Assembly (NCBI GenBank): GCA_003248775.1
Contig: QFQX01000023.1
Location: forward strand, 940-64,939
Origin: Shinella sp.
GTDB taxonomy: Bacteria; Pseudomonadota; Alphaproteobacteria; Rhizobiales; Rhizobiaceae
Length of the DNA stretch: 64,000 nucleotides
Reading direction: 5' to 3'
This document shows positions 35,685-46,051 of this stretch, one piece after another. A model generated the notes under the pieces. The model saw only the letters and a program-made list of their open reading frames with translations. It did no database searches and was not told the origin of the DNA. Numbering within the stretch: position 1 is the first letter of the stretch; the number at the start of each line of letters is the position of its first letter. The position numbers were made by a program, and so were the translations under genes.

Positions 35685-38033
35685 TTATTCCGCAGCCTGC
35701 AACGCCGACCAGACCGCATTCGGCGTGGCGGGCATGTTGAGCCTGTTATTTCCGATAGCGTCCGTGATGGCATTGATGAGCGCAGGCGGAGAACCGATGG
35801 CGCCGGCTTCGCCGCAACCCTTGATGCCGAGCGGATTGCCCGGGCATGGCGTGTTCTGGTGCGACACTTCGAAGGACGGCAGGTCGTCGGCGCGCGGCAT
35901 GGCGTAGTCCATGTAGCTTGCGGTCAACAACTGCCCGTTCGATGGGTCATAGTGAACGCCCTCCAGAAGAGCCTGCCCGATGCCCTGGGCAATGCCCCCA
36001 TGCACCTGTCCCTCGACGATCATCGGATTGATGATATTGCCGAAGTCGTCGGCCGCCACGAACTTGACGATCGTCGTCTTGCCCGTTTCCGGATCGATCT
36101 CGACCTCGCAGATGTAGCACCCTGCCGGGAAGGTGAAGTTGGACGGATCATAGAACGCGCCCTCCTTCAACCCCGGCTCCATGCCGGCCGGCAGATTGTG
36201 CGCCGTGTACGCGGCAAGCGCCACCTGGAACCACGGCAGCGTCTTGTCGGTACCGGCAACCTTAAGCTCGCCGTTTTCGATGACGATGTCGCGTTCGTCG
36301 GCTTCCATCAGATGCGCTGCAATCTTCTTCGCCTTGGCTTCGACCTTGTCGAGCGCCTTGACGATAGCCGACATGCCAACCGCACCTGAGCGTGAGCCAT
36401 AGGTCCCCATCCCCATCTGCACCTTGTCGGTGTCGCCGTGAACGATGGAAACATTTTCGATCGGCACACCGAGCCGGTCACAGACGAGCTGGGCGAAGGT
36501 CGTCTCGTGCCCCTGGCCATGACTGTGCGAGCCGGTCAACACTTCGACGGTGCCGACGGCATTGACCCTCACTTCGGCCGATTCCCAGAGACCGACGCCG
36601 GCACCGAGCGAACCCACCGCCTGCGAGGGTGCGATGCCGCATGCCTCGATGTAACAGCTCATGCCGATGCCGCGCCTCTTGCCACGAGCGGCGGCCTCCG
36701 CCCTCCGCGCCGGAAAGCCCGTCCAGTCGGCGGCAGCCATCGCTGCTTCCAGCGAAGCTTCATAGTCACCGGCGTCATAGTTCATGATCACAGGCGTCTG
36801 GTGCGGGAAGGTACGGACGAAGTTCAGCCGCCGCAGTTCGGCAGGGGAAACCCCGAGTTCGCGCGCCGCCGTCTCCATGGTCCGCTCCAGAAGATAGGTC
36901 GCTTCCGGGCGGCCCGCGCCGCGATAGGCATCGACCGGCACCGTGTTGGTATAGACGGTGCGGACATTGGCATGGATCGCCGGGATCGCATATTGGCCCG
37001 AAAGCAACGTCGCATAGAGATAGGTCGGCACCGCCGATGAGAAGAGCGACATATAGGCGCCGAGATTGGCGATGGTGTCGACCTTCAGGCCGATGATCCG
37101 GTTGTCGCTATCGAAGGCCATCTTGACCTTGGAGACATGGTCGCGCCCATGGGCATCCGTCAGGAAGGCCTCCGTGCGGTCGGACGTCCACTTCACCGGC
37201 ACGCCGGTCTTCTTCGACGCCCAGAGACAGACGATCTCCTCAGGATAGATATAGATCTTCGAACCGAAGCCGCCGCCGACATCGGGAGCGATGACGCGCA
37301 ACTTGTTTTCCGGCGCGACATTGTAGAAGGCGCTCATCACGAGGCGCGCCACATGCGGATTCTGGCTCGTGGTATAGCAGGTGTAATGATCCTCAGCCGC
37401 GTCATAGATGCCGAGCGCCGCGCGCGGCTCCATCGGGTTGGGCGAGAGGCGGTTGTTGTGGATCTCGATCTCGGTCACATGCGCAGCCGAGGCAATCGCC
37501 CGGTCGGTCGCGGCGCTGTCGCCGATCTCCCAGTCGAAGATCAGGTTGCCCGGCGCTTCGGTATGCAATTGCGGCGCACTGGATTTCAGTGCCTCGGTAG
37601 CCCCGGTCACGACCGGCAGTTCCTCGTAATCGACGACCACGGCCTCTGCGGCATCACGGGCTTCCGCGGCGCTGTCGGCCACAACCACCGCGACGGCATC
37701 GCCGACATAACGAACCGTGTCATGTGCCAGCGGCCGCCACGCGCCCATCTTCATCGGCGAGCCGTCCTTGGAATGGATCATCCAGCCGCAGATCAGATTG
37801 CCGATGCCATCAGCAAGCAACTGCTTGCCATCCAATACATCGATCACGCCGGGCATGGACTTGGCGGCGGAAGCGTCCACGCCCTTGACCCTGGCATGGG
37901 CATAGGGCGAACGCACGAAATAAGCATATTTCATTCCCGGCACGAACATGTCGTCCGTATACCGGCCCTTGCCGGTCAGGAAGCGCTTGTCTTCCTTGCG
38001 CGCCACGCGCGCACCAATTCCCTCAACACCCAT
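35685..38033 (-). CDS. molybdopterin dehydrogenase large subunit, form-II CoxL-like
   Basis: About 782 aa of the aldehyde oxidase/xanthine dehydrogenase family. Active-site loop reads AYRGAGR (form II), not AYXCSFR. ATG at 38031-38033 with GGAGG upstream. Confidence 0.85.
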   Translation of the reverse strand: MGVEGIGARVARKEDKRFLTGKGRYTDDMFVPGMKYAYFVRSPYAHARVKGVDASAAKSMPGVIDVLDGKQLLADGIGNLICGWMIHSKDGSPMKMGAWRPLAHDTVRYVGDAVAVVVADSAAEARDAAEAVVVDYEELPVVTGATEALKSSAPQLHTEAPGNLIFDWEIGDSAATDRAIASAAHVTEIEIHNNRLSPNPMEPRAALGIYDAAEDHYTCYTTSQNPHVARLVMSAFYNVAPENKLRVIAPDVGGGFGSKIYIYPEEIVCLWASKKTGVPVKWTSDRTEAFLTDAHGRDHVSKVKMAFDSDNRIIGLKVDTIANLGAYMSLFSSAVPTYLYATLLSGQYAIPAIHANVRTVYTNTVPVDAYRGAGRPEATYLLERTMETAARELGVSPAELRRLNFVRTFPHQTPVIMNYDAGDYEASLEAAMAAADWTGFPARRAEAAARGKRRGIGMSCYIEACGIAPSQAVGSLGAGVGLWESAEVRVNAVGTVEVLTGSHSHGQGHETTFAQLVCDRLGVPIENVSIVHGDTDKVQMGMGTYGSRSGAVGMSAIVKALDKVEAKAKKIAAHLMEADERDIVIENGELKVAGTDKTLPWFQVALAAYTAHNLPAGMEPGLKEGAFYDPSNFTFPAGCYICEVEIDPETGKTTIVKFVAADDFGNIINPMIVEGQVHGGIAQGIGQALLEGVHYDPSNGQLLTASYMDYAMPRADDLPSFEVSHQNTPCPGNPLGIKGCGEAGAIGSPPALINAITDAIGNNRLNMPATPNAVWSALQAAE

Positions 38034-38117
38034 GATTTCCTCCCGATGGCGTTTCCGGCCCGGCAATCCTTCCGCCGCGGCTCCTCAACCGCAACGTCCG
38101 GCCGGAGGATGAAACGG

Positions 38118-38606
38118 TTACTCGGCAGCCTGTCGTCTGCCATGCATTTCCGCATTGGCTGCCAGCACCGCCTTGACGATATTGTGGTAGCCGGTGCAAC
38201 GACAGATATTGCCTTCGAGCTCATGACGAACCGTCGCTTCATCGAGATGCCCGCCATGGCGATTGATCATGTCGACCGCGGTCATCACCATACCCGGCGT
38301 GCAGAAGCCGCATTGCAGGCCGTGATGTTCCTTGAAGGCCGCCTGCACCGGATGCAGGTCTCCGCCACCCGCCAGCCCCTCGATGGTGGTGATGCTCGAG
38401 CCGGATGCCTGGACGGCAAGGATCGAACAGCTCTTCACCGACTTGCCATCCATATGCACCACGCAGGCGCCGCACTGGGTGGTGTCGCAGCCGACATGCG
38501 TGCCGGTCAGTCCAAGTTTCTCACGAATGAAATGCACGAGCAGCGTGCGATCCTCGCAGTCGCCGCTCACCGAACGGCCGTTCACCGTCAGCGTTACTTT
38601 TGCCAT
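38118..38606 (-). CDS. [2Fe-2S] small subunit, CoxS/CutS family
   Basis: [11 protein letters not shown]... with cluster motifs [12 protein letters not shown] and [18 protein letters not shown]. Confidence 0.88.
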   Translation of the reverse strand: MAKVTLTVNGRSVSGDCEDRTLLVHFIREKLGLTGTHVGCDTTQCGACVVHMDGKSVKSCSILAVQASGSSITTIEGLAGGGDLHPVQAAFKEHHGLQCGFCTPGMVMTAVDMINRHGGHLDEATVRHELEGNICRCTGYHNIVKAVLAANAEMHGRRQAAE

Positions 38607-38909
38607 ATTGTTCCTCCTCGTGTCTCTCCCGGACACGAAGAGCATCATTTGACTTTTTCACATCATCTTCAACCTGTACTTTCATGCATGTTTGAAATTT
38701 ATATTTCGCGCCGCAGCAAAACATCGCATCCGTTCTTGTCACGTGAAGCGCAGTCCATACTGGAGACCCATCATCGACTTTGATCTCCATGGACTTTCTC
38801 GATTTGCCGGCTATTCTGCGATCACGGTCGTCGTGACAATGCCTGCGGGGCAGGCACGGCCGATGCCGGCCCGGCCTTGCCGGACGCATAACCAGTGGAG
38901 AAGAAACGC

Positions 38910-39176
38910 ATGAAAAAAGCTCTTGTGCTCGTACTGCTCGGCCTGACGGTCGCAGGCTGCACGCAGACCGAAAAGGGCGCTACCATCGGCGCGGCTTCGG
39001 GCGCAATCATCGGCGGGGCAGTAACCGGCAACGTCCGTGGCGCAGCCGTGGGCGCTGCAATCGGCGGTGTATCCGGCGCCATCATCGGCAACGTCGCAGA
39101 ACAGCCCGGCCAGTGCTACTACCGCGACCGCTACGGCCGTCGCTACATCGACTCGTGCCCGCGCGGCGGCTACTGA
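38910..39176 (+). CDS. glycine-zipper outer-membrane lipoprotein
   Basis: Lipobox MKKALVLVLLGLTVAGC followed by a Gly-zipper GAASGAIIGGAVTGNVRGAAVGAAIGGVSGAIIG. Confidence 0.75.
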   Translation: MKKALVLVLLGLTVAGCTQTEKGATIGAASGAIIGGAVTGNVRGAAVGAAIGGVSGAIIGNVAEQPGQCYYRDRYGRRYIDSCPRGGY

Positions 39177-39191
39177 GACCCGATTTCGGGA

Positions 39192-39231
39192 GGGTCCGGG
39201 CACACCCGGCCCCTCTCTTTGATTCGTTTTT
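39192..39231 (+). terminator. putative terminator after lipoprotein gene
   Basis: GGGTCCGGG-caca-CCCGGCCCC hairpin (one mismatch) followed by a T-rich tract (tctctttgattcgttttt). Confidence 0.45.
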
Positions 39232-39330
39232 ATCTAAAAAGTGTGTCCTATCCGGTTTTTTACGTCTAAACTGGAAAGGGTTGGGCGGAATTGTCCGTAC
39301 GGCCGATCCCGTTGTCGAGCAAAGTAGTGC

Positions 39331-41256
39331 ATGCCGAGTAAATTGAGACCCCCGATTGGACGTATTGCGTTTCGGACGGCCGGCACTGCATTCACGCTTG
39401 CTGCAAGCCTATGCTTTTCAATGGCTTTTGCCGACGAAGCCTATGCCTTCAAGATCTTCGGCATCACCATTTTCGGCGACGACGAGACGGAAGTCACCGT
39501 CATCGATCCCGTCCGCTACACCGTCACCTTCGACACCGATGGCTCCGACAAGGACCTTGCGGATTCCCTGGAGCGGACCTCCCTTCTTGTCGGCGACGAA
39601 AAGAAGCCGGTATCAGGCGACCTTGGCGTCGTCATCAAGGCCCGTGACGACCGCGACCGGCTGATCGCCACGCTTTACGAAAACGCCCGCTACGGTGGCG
39701 TCGTGAACGTGACCATCGCGGGCCAGAACCTCGATGCCCTACCTCCGAACCCCGCCTTCGATCGATCGGCACCGGTGCCGGTCTCCGTCCGCATCGATCC
39801 CGGTCCGCTCTTCACCATCGGTGACGTTACGCTGGAGGGAGACGCGGCAAGGCTCGACCCCCGCGCTTACGATCTCCGTCCCGGCGGTCCTGCGGGTTCG
39901 CTGATGGTCCTGAAGGCCGGCAGCAAGATCGTCGACGACCTGAAGGCCGAGGGGCGCCCCCTGGTGCACCTGACGAAACGCGAAGTGGTCGCCGATCACG
40001 AGACGAACACGATCGACGTGGTGATCGCGGCCGAAGCCGGCCCCGTGGCGCCGCTCGGGCCGATCGCCGTCAAGGGCGCCCGCAAGGTGGACGAGGCCTT
40101 CATCCGCCGTTACTCGCGGCTTCAACCGGGCCAGCAATATTCGCCTGAACAGTTGCGCAAGGCTGGCGAGCGCCTGCGGGCACTCGGCGTATTCTCCAGC
40201 GTGAATATCGAGGAAGCAGACAAGCTCTCGAGCGATGGCTCGCTGCCGCTCGGCATCGTCGTCTCGGAAGGCAAGCATCGCTACTTCGGCTTCGGGGCCA
40301 ATTGGTCGTCGCTCGACGGTGTCGGTCTGCAGGGCTATTGGGGCCACCGCAATCTGTTCGGACAGGCGGAATCGCTCAGGCTGGAAGGAACCGTCAGCGG
40401 CCTCGGCGACGGAAATATTCTCGATAATCTCGATTATTCCGCGGGCATTACCTTCGTGAAACCCGGTGCCTTCTTCCCTTCCGCGACTCTGGAAGCCAGC
40501 ATCAAGGGCACGACGCTCACCACCGATTCCTATGACGCGAATTCCATCGCCGGCAAGGTCGCCCTCGCCTACGAGATCAGTGACCACGACACCGTCAGCG
40601 GCGGTCTTTCGCTGACATATGACGACATCGACGACGCCTTCGGCAACAACAGTTACCTGACCTTCGGCGTCCCCATCAGCTATATCCGCGATACGCGCGA
40701 CAACAAGCTCAACCCGACCGAGGGCTATTATGCGTCGGCCAGCGCGATCCCAAGCTATGAGATCACCGGCAACACCATATTCTCCTCCTTCGAAGGCTCG
40801 GTCTCCGGCTACTATGGTATTGGCGCGGAGGATCGCGTGGTTCTCGCCGCAAAGCTTTCGGCCGGCACCCTGCTCGGCGCCGGCGACCTCAAGGCCATTC
40901 CCGCCACGCGGCGCTTCTATGCCGGCGGTGGCGGCTCGGTGCGCGGCTATGCCTATCAGGAAGTCTCGCCCTATAATGACAATGGCGATGCTACCGGCGG
41001 GCGCTCCTATGCTCTGGGTTCCTTCGAAGCGCGGGTGAACATCACGGAAAAGATCGGTATCGTGCCGTTTCTCGATATCGGCAGCGTCTCGACTGCAAAT
41101 TTTCCGGATTTCTCCGATCTAAGAATGGGAGCGGGCATCGGCCTGCGCTATATGACGCCATTCGGACCGCTGAGACTTGACGTCGCCATGCCGCTCGACC
41201 GCTATGACGGGGGCAGCCAGTACGGCATCTATGCCGGGATCGGACAGAGTTTCTGA
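39331..41256 (+). CDS. tamA: translocation and assembly module outer-membrane subunit TamA (Omp85 family)
   Basis: 641 aa with a signal peptide, POTRA-like repeats and an Omp85 barrel ending in ...GIGQSF. Followed by tamB. Confidence 0.8.
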   Translation: MPSKLRPPIGRIAFRTAGTAFTLAASLCFSMAFADEAYAFKIFGITIFGDDETEVTVIDPVRYTVTFDTDGSDKDLADSLERTSLLVGDEKKPVSGDLGVVIKARDDRDRLIATLYENARYGGVVNVTIAGQNLDALPPNPAFDRSAPVPVSVRIDPGPLFTIGDVTLEGDAARLDPRAYDLRPGGPAGSLMVLKAGSKIVDDLKAEGRPLVHLTKREVVADHETNTIDVVIAAEAGPVAPLGPIAVKGARKVDEAFIRRYSRLQPGQQYSPEQLRKAGERLRALGVFSSVNIEEADKLSSDGSLPLGIVVSEGKHRYFGFGANWSSLDGVGLQGYWGHRNLFGQAESLRLEGTVSGLGDGNILDNLDYSAGITFVKPGAFFPSATLEASIKGTTLTTDSYDANSIAGKVALAYEISDHDTVSGGLSLTYDDIDDAFGNNSYLTFGVPISYIRDTRDNKLNPTEGYYASASAIPSYEITGNTIFSSFEGSVSGYYGIGAEDRVVLAAKLSAGTLLGAGDLKAIPATRRFYAGGGGSVRGYAYQEVSPYNDNGDATGGRSYALGSFEARVNITEKIGIVPFLDIGSVSTANFPDFSDLRMGAGIGLRYMTPFGPLRLDVAMPLDRYDGGSQYGIYAGIGQSF

Positions 41257-41287
41257 TGGATAGCCGAGACGGGAAGACGAGATCCTG

Positions 41288-44200
41288 ATGCTGAAGCGCC
41301 TGACCAGATGGATCTTTCGGCTGTTCGCCTACACGGCGGGCGGAGCGCTTGCGCTCGCGGTCGTCGCAATCCTTTTCGGCGGCTTCACCACGACCGGCGC
41401 CGGCATTGTCACCAGCTGGCTTTCGGCGATGCTGTCGAACCCCGACCAACGCATCACCATCGATGGCGCCGGGCCGCTGCTGACCGGCGCATTGCGCGTC
41501 GAACATGTCGCTATCGCCGACACCGAAGGCGTCTATGCCGAAATCGACAATCTCGCGCTCGACTGGACACCACTCGATCTCCTCTCCGGCACCTTCCGCG
41601 CCCAGCGTCTGGCCGCCGACCGGGTAAGACTCGACCGCACGCCGGTGACAACCGTAGAAAAGACGCAAAGCAGCGGCGGATTTTCTTTGCCGATTGCAAT
41701 CAACGTCAAGAAGCTGGAGCTTCCCTCGGTCGAGATCGGCACGGAACTGGCCCGTCGCGAAATCCGCCTCTCGCTCACCGGATCCGGCAAGGCTTCGGGC
41801 GACACCATAACCGCCAATATCGAGGCCCAAAGACCCGATTCTCCGGAGACCAGCGCCCGCGCGGATCTCGTGTATGCGCCATTCAAAAACCGGCTGCAGA
41901 TTGCCGCCAATATCGTAGAGCCGACCGGCGGCCTGCTGGCAGGTCTTCTCAAGCTGCCCGGCACACCCGCCATCGACCTCACGATTGAAGGCGACGGCCC
42001 GCTATCGGATTGGCAGGGCAAGATTGCCGCCGCGCTCGACGGCCGGCCCACGCTTGCCATCCACGCGACCCACAAGCAATCCGCCGATGGCACGCGCCGC
42101 ATTCTTGTCGAAGGCGGTGGCCGTTTCGACGCCATGCTTCCGCCGGGACTTCGCCCGCCATTTGCGGACGAAACGGCCATCGATATCGATGCGAGCCTCG
42201 CCCCCGGCGGCGCGATCCAGATCGACCGCGGCAGCCTGTCCACCGGGGCGCTGTCCCTTTCGGCATCCGGCCGCTACGACCCCTCAGGCGAAAACGACCT
42301 TTCCGCCGAACTGACTGGTCTCAAGGGTCCCGTCGATTTCAACTATCCAAGCGGCAACGATAACATCGCGCTCGCCATTCGCGAGGCAAGCCTCTCGCTA
42401 CGTGGCCGCGCCGACGCCGCCCTGTTCGAAATGTCCGCCAAGCTCGACAAGGTGAAGACAGCACAGGGCGAATTCGATGGCCTGGCCATCGAGGCGAAGA
42501 GCAAGGCCTTTGATCTGGCCAACCAGACCGGCCGCATAGAGACGATGGTAACGGTCGCCGGCATGCAGTTCGCCGATGCCGAACTCAACCGTCTCCTGCA
42601 GGCACCGATGACGCTGAAGGCGCCGATCGTGCTCGTCGCAACAGCCGTAGGTCTTGAAGCGGCAACCATCGAAAGCGCCAGCATCGGCGGTACCGTCGTC
42701 GGCCAGTACGCCCTTGCCGACAAGCGCCTCACCGGCCGCTTCGAACTCTTCGGCATTCCCGGCATCCTGCCCGACGCCATCGCGGCCAAGCTGCGCGACA
42801 CCATTCGCGTCTCCGGCAACCTGAATTACAACCTGCCGCAGGACATCAAGCTCAACAACCTGAAGATCACCACCAATCTCGGGGAAGCTTCCGGTAACAT
42901 AGAACTCGATGCGGAAAAGAAGCTGACGGCTGATCTTGCCGGTCGTATCATCGATATCGGCGCCTTGATGGACAACACCAAGGGCATCTCCGACTTCTCG
43001 CTTTCCGCCAATGGACCGCTCGATGCGCTGGCAACCCGTCTTTCCCTCAGAAGCGAGGCAGCAACCGTTGCGGGCCGCAAGCTTGAGGGCTTCACGGTGG
43101 ACGTCGAAGGCACCGCCAGCAAAGCCGCGCCCAAGGGCACCCTGCGCATGGCCGGCCGTATCGACGGACAGCCGGTGCAGGGCACCGCCGACCTTGTCGC
43201 GGAAAATGGCCGTTCCGCCATTCCGGCACTCAACATCACTGTCGGCAGCAACAGGCTCGACGGGGCTATCGCTTTTTCTCCGGCCTTCCTGCCATCCGGT
43301 AATCTGACCTTCGATTTCCCCGATATCGGCCTGCTTGCAGCTTTCGCCGGACAAACAGCAAGCGGCGATCTCAAGGGCAAGCTTGCGCTACAGGAAAACA
43401 ACGGAAAGCTATCGGCTGAGGTGGTGGCTGCGGGCAACGGCATCCAGCGCGACACCCTCACCGTCGCCAAGCCCGATATCAAGCTGAACATTTCCGACCT
43501 TGCAGCCTTCGCGATCGAGGGAACGGTCGCAGCCTCCGAGATCAAATCCGGCGCTAACCGGGTAGAAGCACCGAAACTTGCGTTCACGCGACAGGGTGCA
43601 AGCACCGCCTTCGATCTGAATGCGCGCTATGATGCAGCGCCGCTGGTCGTCGCGGGCAGTGTCACGCAGAACGCCAGCGGACTGGATATCGCCCTCGACA
43701 AGGCATCGGCGGCACCGAGCGGCATCGCTCTGAAACTCGCTCGCCCCGCGGCATTGCGGCTGAGCGAGGGCACTGTAAGCATCGAGACCGCCACGATTTC
43801 CGCCGGCAGCGGCACGGTCGATATCAAGGGCAGCGCCGGCCACGAACTCGATCTCGCCATCACGCTGGATCGCCTGCCCGCTTCGCTTGCGGCGAAGGCA
43901 GCGCCAAGCCTTTCGCCCGAAGGCGTCATATCCGGTACGATAACCGTCAAGGGAACGGCGGCAGCGCCTGCGCTGACCTATAATCTCAACTGGGCCGATG
44001 CAGGATTGAGCCAGACAAGATCGGCGGGAGTCGGCAGCTTTTCGATATCGGCAAACGGCGAATTCAGGGACCAGAATCTTTCTCTCGACACCCGGGTAAC
44101 GGGCCAGCAGGGCCTTGCCTTCGCAGGCGGCGGCACGCTTGGCCTCGCCGGCAGCCGGCCGATCAACATGAAGTTCACCGGCAACCTCCCCTTCGCGGTT

Positions 44201-45445
44201 CTGGGCGGGATACTGTCCGGGCAGGGGTTGATCCTCGAAGGCAGCGCCACCGCCGATGTCACCGTCACCGGCACTGCCGGCGCACCCGAAATCAACGGTA
44301 CGGCGAGAACCTCCGGCGCCAAGCTCATCGACGTTCGCCGCAATCTGGCGCTCGAACAACTTGCGGCCACCATCAGCCTGCGCGGCGACCGGGCGGAAAT
44401 CACCGAACTCGGCGGCAAGCTCGCCAGCGGTGGCCGCATTTCCGGCAGCGGCACGATCGACATTCGCTCGCCCGGGCTGCCAGCAGATATCGCGGTTACG
44501 CTGGACAAGGCCGTGTATGTCGACGGAACCATGGTTGCAAGTACCGCCGACGGCAAGCTCGCGCTCAAGGGTCCCCTGCTGAACAACCCGGTACTCTCGG
44601 GCACCATCGCCCTTTCGCGGACAGCGATCACCATTCCGGAAAAACTGCCCGCCAGCCTTTCGCAACTGAACATCCAGCACAGGAATGCGCCCGCCAACGT
44701 TCGCAATCAGATGGCGAAGGTGACGAAGACCGAAGAACACGGCTCCTCCTCCACCATAGCGCTCGATCTGACGATCTCGTCTCCCTCGCAGATCTTCGTG
44801 CGCGGACGTGGTATCGACGCGGAACTCGGCGGAACAGTCCGGGTGACAGGAAACGCCGTGAACCCGAATGTCTCCGGTGGTTTCGAACTGCGCCGCGGGC
44901 GCATGTCCATCCTGACCAAGCGGCTGGAATTCACCGAAGGCAACATCACCTTCGGCGGCGGCCTCATTCCGATCCTCGACATGAAGGCCACCACGACATC
45001 GGGCTCGACGACGATCACCATCACGATCGCGGGCTTTGCCAACGATCCCTCGGTGTCCTTCTCGTCATCCCCCGCCCTGCCACAGGATGAAATCCTCGCG
45101 CAGCTGATCTTCGGTCAGTCGATGTCCCGTCTGTCGGCCCTGCAGATCGCCCAGCTTGCCGATGCGGCTAGCCAGCTTGCCGGCGGCCGCTCGGGTTCGC
45201 TCTTCGAAAGCCTGCGCTCCTCACTCGGCGTCGACGACCTCGATATCTCCACCGACGAGACCGGCCAGACCAATGTCAGCGCCGGGAAGTACCTCAACAA
45301 CCGCACCTATATCGAGCTGCAGCAGAGCGGGTCTGGCCAGAGCAAGGCCGTCATCAACCTGGATGTAGGCCGCGGCGTGAAGCTGAAGGGCGAAGCAGGT
45401 GCTGAAGGCGCCGGCGGCGGCATTTTCTACGAAAAGGAATACTGA
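41288..45445 (+). CDS. tamB: translocation and assembly module inner-membrane subunit TamB (DUF490)
   Basis: 1385 aa with an N-terminal TM anchor, a long beta-rich body and a DUF490-like C-terminus (GKYLNNRTYIELQQ). Confidence 0.8.
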   Translation: MLKRLTRWIFRLFAYTAGGALALAVVAILFGGFTTTGAGIVTSWLSAMLSNPDQRITIDGAGPLLTGALRVEHVAIADTEGVYAEIDNLALDWTPLDLLSGTFRAQRLAADRVRLDRTPVTTVEKTQSSGGFSLPIAINVKKLELPSVEIGTELARREIRLSLTGSGKASGDTITANIEAQRPDSPETSARADLVYAPFKNRLQIAANIVEPTGGLLAGLLKLPGTPAIDLTIEGDGPLSDWQGKIAAALDGRPTLAIHATHKQSADGTRRILVEGGGRFDAMLPPGLRPPFADETAIDIDASLAPGGAIQIDRGSLSTGALSLSASGRYDPSGENDLSAELTGLKGPVDFNYPSGNDNIALAIREASLSLRGRADAALFEMSAKLDKVKTAQGEFDGLAIEAKSKAFDLANQTGRIETMVTVAGMQFADAELNRLLQAPMTLKAPIVLVATAVGLEAATIESASIGGTVVGQYALADKRLTGRFELFGIPGILPDAIAAKLRDTIRVSGNLNYNLPQDIKLNNLKITTNLGEASGNIELDAEKKLTADLAGRIIDIGALMDNTKGISDFSLSANGPLDALATRLSLRSEAATVAGRKLEGFTVDVEGTASKAAPKGTLRMAGRIDGQPVQGTADLVAENGRSAIPALNITVGSNRLDGAIAFSPAFLPSGNLTFDFPDIGLLAAFAGQTASGDLKGKLALQENNGKLSAEVVAAGNGIQRDTLTVAKPDIKLNISDLAAFAIEGTVAASEIKSGANRVEAPKLAFTRQGASTAFDLNARYDAAPLVVAGSVTQNASGLDIALDKASAAPSGIALKLARPAALRLSEGTVSIETATISAGSGTVDIKGSAGHELDLAITLDRLPASLAAKAAPSLSPEGVISGTITVKGTAAAPALTYNLNWADAGLSQTRSAGVGSFSISANGEFRDQNLSLDTRVTGQQGLAFAGGGTLGLAGSRPINMKFTGNLPFAVLGGILSGQGLILEGSATADVTVTGTAGAPEINGTARTSGAKLIDVRRNLALEQLAATISLRGDRAEITELGGKLASGGRISGSGTIDIRSPGLPADIAVTLDKAVYVDGTMVASTADGKLALKGPLLNNPVLSGTIALSRTAITIPEKLPASLSQLNIQHRNAPANVRNQMAKVTKTEEHGSSSTIALDLTISSPSQIFVRGRGIDAELGGTVRVTGNAVNPNVSGGFELRRGRMSILTKRLEFTEGNITFGGGLIPILDMKATTTSGSTTITITIAGFANDPSVSFSSSPALPQDEILAQLIFGQSMSRLSALQIAQLADAASQLAGGRSGSLFESLRSSLGVDDLDISTDETGQTNVSAGKYLNNRTYIELQQSGSGQSKAVINLDVGRGVKLKGEAGAEGAGGGIFYEKEY

Positions 45446-45494
45446 CGCCGCTTGGGCGTCGGACGTCTGAAAGCGACGGACAAAGGCCTTCGCC

Positions 45495-45929
45495 TCAACT
45501 CACCTTGCTGGTCTTCAGCAGAATGCTGGATTCCGTCGTGTTGATGCCCTCGATCAGGCGGATGCGCCGCAAGGTCTCGTCGAAGGAGGCGAGATCCCGA
45601 TCCTCCAGTTCGGCGATGAAATCCCAGCGGCCGTTGGTGCTGTGAAGCGCCCTCACCTGGGGCAGGCCGCGCAGCTGATGCGCCACGCGGTCGGCAAACT
45701 TGCCGACAACCTCAATCATCGCGATCGCCCTCACCCCCGCCGGTCGAATCTCGCTTCCCGTCCTGATCGTGAACGCCGCAATCGTGCCATCCGCCACCAT
45801 CCTGTCGATGCGTGCGGTCACGGTTGCCCGCGATGCACCCGTTGTTGCGGCAAGCGAGGAGGCCGAAATACGCGCATTGTGGCGCAACGCGCTGAGAATA
45901 TCACGATCCAGATCATCCATGCTTATCAC
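45495..45929 (-). CDS. Lrp/AsnC family transcriptional regulator
   Basis: N-terminal HTH LDRDILSALRHNARISASSLAATTGASRATVTARIDRM plus a C-terminal RAM-type domain. Divergent from the arginase gene. Confidence 0.85.
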   Translation of the reverse strand: MISMDDLDRDILSALRHNARISASSLAATTGASRATVTARIDRMVADGTIAAFTIRTGSEIRPAGVRAIAMIEVVGKFADRVAHQLRGLPQVRALHSTNGRWDFIAELEDRDLASFDETLRRIRLIEGINTTESSILLKTSKVS

Positions 45930-46051
45930 TTCGTCAGTTTAATCCATCGTTTTGGGCAATCTAGCTTTCTTTTCGACAATTTTCCATCTTTTTGCCAACG
46001 CAGGCTTTGATAACAATCCGGCTTTTCCTGCCAGTTCCAAAGGAGATCCGG

